Positions 61,069 through 64,000 of a DNA stretch of 64,000 bases are shown here, piece after piece. The stretch's first letter is position 1. Each line of letters opens with the position of its first letter. Source of the stretch: an uncultured Calditrichaceae bacterium (lineage in GTDB: Bacteria > Calditrichota > Calditrichia > RBG-13-44-9 > J075); contig CAZFVV010000007.1 in the NCBI GenBank assembly GCA_964522165.1, positions 8,130-72,129 of the forward strand, read 5' to 3'. A program made the translations under genes and the position numbers. Below the pieces are notes generated by a model. That model worked only from the letters and a program-made list of their open reading frames with translations, had not been told where the DNA came from and searched no databases.

Positions 61069-62841
61069 TTGAGCCACGATAGTTTAACTCTTTCAAAGCA
61101 CCTTTTTCCGGATGGGTTTGATATCGCCCGGTTTGCTAACGCCGGGATAAAAAGTGTCTTATTGCTGGCAGCGCTTTTCATCCTGCCGCTGCACGCCCAG
61201 CTTTCCCCGGGGGATCTTCACCAATCCCACGCTTTTTTAGAGGGGCTGAAGAACTGCACTCAGTGCCACAGCAGCGGCAACCGCATTTCTCCGGACAAAT
61301 GTTTAGCCTGCCACGTCGTGCTCCGGGATCGGATTCAGGCAAATCAGGGGCTTCACGCCCGGGAGGAATACCGGAATTGCGTAGATTGCCACAGCGACCA
61401 CCACGGGCGGAATTTCGAGATCATCTACTGGAAGGGCGGGCAGGAAAATTTCGACCACTCCCAAACCGGCTATCCGCTGGAGGGGGCGCACGCCCGGCAG
61501 GAGTGCCGCGCCTGCCACCGGGAAGAGAACATCGCCGGCAAAGCCGGGCTGCTGGAGCAAAAAATCAGTTTGAAACGTACTTTCCTGGGACTGAACCGCG
61601 ATTGCCTCTCCTGCCACGTGGACGAGCATCGCGGGCAGGTGGGGAAAGAGTGTTTGAATTGCCACGAAATGGAGGGGTGGAAACCGGCGCCGAAATTCGA
61701 TCACGCGCACGCCCGTTTTACCCTGACCGGCAGGCACCTCGAGGTAGCCTGCGAGAAATGCCACACGCCCGTTACGGATAACCTCTTCCCCAACGACGCC
61801 GGTTTCCTGAAATTCAAGTTGGCGGCGTTTGCCCGCTGCACCGATTGCCACGAAGATTTCCATCGCGGGCGCTTTGGGACCGATTGCCAGACCTGCCACA
61901 GCACCGCGGGCTGGCAAAGCGGTTCGTTTGCCGGGTTCGACCACGGCAAGACCCGCTTCCCGCTGCTGGGCAAGCATCAATCCGTCCAGTGCGAATCCTG
62001 CCATCAGCCAGGCAAGCCGCGCCGGGGGCTGGCGTTTGCAAATTGCCGCGACTGCCACAGCGATTATCACCGCGGCCAGTTTGCCGCCCGCCCCTCCAAA
62101 GGCGCTTGCGAGGAATGCCACACCGTGAACGGTTTTTCTCCCTCTACCTTTTCCTTAGACGCGCACCAGCAAACCGGTTTCCCCCTTAAAGGGGCGCACT
62201 TAGCCATTCCCTGCATCGCCTGCCACGCGGGAGGCGGCAATGGCGGCGGGCAAAATCGCGCCATGCTCAAGATCAACCGCTTTACGTTTACTTCTACGCG
62301 CTGCCAGGATTGCCATAAGGATCCCCACCGCGGAGAGGTTGATCGCTACCTCAAAACCGGGGGCTGCGAGCATTGCCACTCCGTGGAGAGCTGGCGGAAA
62401 ATTCACTTCGACCACGGGCAGACCCGCTTTCCCCTCGCAGGGCGCCACCGCGAAATTGCCTGCAACGCCTGCCATCGTCCCGCCGACAGCGGCGGGGAGA
62501 AGCGCCCGCAACTGACCGGCCTGCCCCTGCTGTGCCAGGATTGCCACGAGGATATTCACCAGGGTCAGTTCCAGGGCTCCACGGTTTCCGCGGGCAAAAC
62601 CGTGAACGTTACCGATTGCAGCCGCTGCCACACGCCTTCACGCTGGCAGCCGGAATTGTTCGATCATAACCGCCATTCCAAATTCCCCCTGGAAGGAGCG
62701 CACCGTTCCGTGGCTTGCCGGAACTGCCATCCCCGGGAGGAACGCAATGGGGTTATGATGACGGTTTTTAAGCCGTTGAGCGGCGAATGCAGCGCCTGCC
62801 ACGGCGAAAATTCATCAAAACGACGAGGAACCCTGCAATGA
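61069..62841 (+). CDS. multiheme cytochrome c, 20 CXXCH motifs
   Basis: Signal/TM (VLLLAALFILPLHAQ). I counted 20 CXXCH sites, many in the doubled arrangement CxxCHxDxHxGxxGxxCxxCH (e.g. CLSCHVDEHRGQVGKECLNCH). Confidence 0.9.
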   Translation: MSHDSLTLSKHLFPDGFDIARFANAGIKSVLLLAALFILPLHAQLSPGDLHQSHAFLEGLKNCTQCHSSGNRISPDKCLACHVVLRDRIQANQGLHAREEYRNCVDCHSDHHGRNFEIIYWKGGQENFDHSQTGYPLEGAHARQECRACHREENIAGKAGLLEQKISLKRTFLGLNRDCLSCHVDEHRGQVGKECLNCHEMEGWKPAPKFDHAHARFTLTGRHLEVACEKCHTPVTDNLFPNDAGFLKFKLAAFARCTDCHEDFHRGRFGTDCQTCHSTAGWQSGSFAGFDHGKTRFPLLGKHQSVQCESCHQPGKPRRGLAFANCRDCHSDYHRGQFAARPSKGACEECHTVNGFSPSTFSLDAHQQTGFPLKGAHLAIPCIACHAGGGNGGGQNRAMLKINRFTFTSTRCQDCHKDPHRGEVDRYLKTGGCEHCHSVESWRKIHFDHGQTRFPLAGRHREIACNACHRPADSGGEKRPQLTGLPLLCQDCHEDIHQGQFQGSTVSAGKTVNVTDCSRCHTPSRWQPELFDHNRHSKFPLEGAHRSVACRNCHPREERNGVMMTVFKPLSGECSACHGENSSKRRGTLQ

Positions 62842-64000
62842 AAAGGGGTTTGAAACAACACACTTTTAGCGCATGGAGCAAAGCGCTCTGCGCCTTGCTC
62901 CTCCTGGCGCTTGCCCCCCCGGCCTTCGCCCAAAACGGAACCCAAAGCCCGCACGGCCTTTTGAAATGGGATTGCCAGAGCTGCCACGGAACCGAATCCT
63001 GGAAAAAACTCCGCCGGCCCATGGCCTTCAAACACGCGGATACCGGCTTCCTGTTGCAGGGAGCGCACCAGTTCACCAATTGCGTTAGCTGCCACCAAAG
63101 CTTGAAATTCGCCGAAGTGGGCAGCGCCTGCGCGGACTGCCACACCGACGTGCATCGCGGCCAGTTCGGGTTGAATTGCCAGAATTGCCACACCGCGGAT
63201 AGTTGGAGCAACCAGCAGGAAATTCTGCAACTGCACGCCGCCCGGGGATTTCCCCTCACCGGGGTTCACGCCGTGGCCGACTGCCAGGCCTGCCACCGCA
63301 CTGATCAATTCAATGAATTCAGCGGAACCTCTATGGATTGCAGCGGCTGCCACCTGACCGATTACGCGCTGGCAGATAATCCCAACCACGCCCAGGCAGG
63401 CTTTTCCATCGACTGCGAATCCTGCCACCGCCCGGTAGCCCTGAAGTGGGAAAATACCACCTTTCAACATACCTCCGCGTTCGAATTGCGGGGAGCGCAC
63501 CGCCTGGTGGAGTGCAACAGTTGCCACGCCGATGCTTATTTCGGAACTTCCCCGGAGTGCTATAGCTGCCACTCCGGAGATTTCCAGCAGACCACCAACC
63601 CGCCCCACGTGCAATTGGGATTTTCCCAGAATTGCACGGTTTGCCACAACGAAGAGCGCTGGGAAGGAGCTTTCTTCGACCACGTGCAAACCAGCGGTTT
63701 CGAGCTGCGCGGCGTTCACGCCACGCTTTCTTGCAACGACTGCCACGTCAACAACCAGTTCGCCGGGCTGCCGCGGGATTGTTTCGGATGCCATCAAAGC
63801 GATTATACCGCGACCACGGATCCCAATCACGTGCTGGGACAGTTCCCCACGGACTGCTTAGTGTGCCACAATGAGACCGCCTGGCAGCCGGCGGAGTTCG
63901 ACCACAACCTCACCGCTTTCCCGCTCACCGGGGCGCATCAAACTCTGGCTTGCGAAAGCTGCCACCAGGGCGGCCAATATACCGCGCTGCCATCGGATTG
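62838..64000 (+). CDS. second multiheme cytochrome c (at least 14 CXXCH motifs), 3' end outside window
   Basis: Absent from the ORF track because it has no stop in the window. ATG at 62838 overlaps the upstream stop (ATGA). Signal peptide MKRGLKQHTFSAWSKALCALLLLALAPPAFAQ. I read the frame codon by codon to 64000 and found no stop. Confidence 0.88.
   Translation, partial: MKRGLKQHTFSAWSKALCALLLLALAPPAFAQNGTQSPHGLLKWDCQSCHGTESWKKLRRPMAFKHADTGFLLQGAHQFTNCVSCHQSLKFAEVGSACADCHTDVHRGQFGLNCQNCHTADSWSNQQEILQLHAARGFPLTGVHAVADCQACHRTDQFNEFSGTSMDCSGCHLTDYALADNPNHAQAGFSIDCESCHRPVALKWENTTFQHTSAFELRGAHRLVECNSCHADAYFGTSPECYSCHSGDFQQTTNPPHVQLGFSQNCTVCHNEERWEGAFFDHVQTSGFELRGVHATLSCNDCHVNNQFAGLPRDCFGCHQSDYTATTDPNHVLGQFPTDCLVCHNETAWQPAEFDHNLTAFPLTGAHQTLACESCHQGGQYTALPSD

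Noticed and set aside
1-64000. Search for prophage, IS or transposase, integrase, toxin-antitoxin, restriction-modification, CRISPR-Cas or other known defence modules.
   Set aside because: None of the translated ORFs shows transposase (DDE), tyrosine or serine recombinase, capsid or terminase, or nuclease-methylase signatures that I can recognise. The only mobile-element-like signals are the non-coding repeats.

Overview
64-kb chromosomal segment with fairly high GC, Shine-Dalgarno-type RBSs and frequent TTG/GTG starts. It is probably from an uncultivated member of the FCB (Bacteroidetes/Ignavibacteria/Calditrichaeota-like) radiation. That placement is inference, based on two secreted proteins ending in the 'NYPNPFNPAT...' Por/T9SS C-terminal sorting domain, a Bacteroidetes-style hybrid two-component regulator and a sigma-54 activator. 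I support about 48 protein genes. Housekeeping genes are relA/spoT (partial), greA, xseAB, an HU/IHF-like gene, smpB, tyrS, moeB-rhodanese, a DEAD-box helicase, comEC, ybeY, pgpH-like, acpS and nnr. Envelope and secreted genes include PspC, a 4x SPOR protein, an active HtrA next to a catalytically dead HtrA paralog, an M1 peptidase, a CsgG-like lipoprotein with a beta-barrel OMP, two tandem MORN-repeat paralogs, and a 1518-aa cohesin/dockerin T9SS protein. A multiheme cytochrome c cluster runs off the 3' edge of the window. RNA genes are a type-A RNase P RNA (minus strand) and tRNA-Met(CAT). Two genes missing from the ORF track were recovered: a 31-aa basic protein (29826-29921) and a second multiheme cytochrome (62838 to the window end). 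I found no transposase, integrase, phage gene, CRISPR array or recognisable defence system. The most unusual signal is non-coding. Almost every intergenic spacer holds modular palindromic repeat elements from several sequence families. One perfect 30-bp inverted repeat sits in frame inside the ATPase domain of the hybrid histidine kinase. A 48-bp inverted repeat brackets the RNase P RNA gene. Two copies of another element flank a low-GC membrane-protein ORF just downstream of smpB. Function calls rest on motifs read by eye from the translations; no database search was possible.
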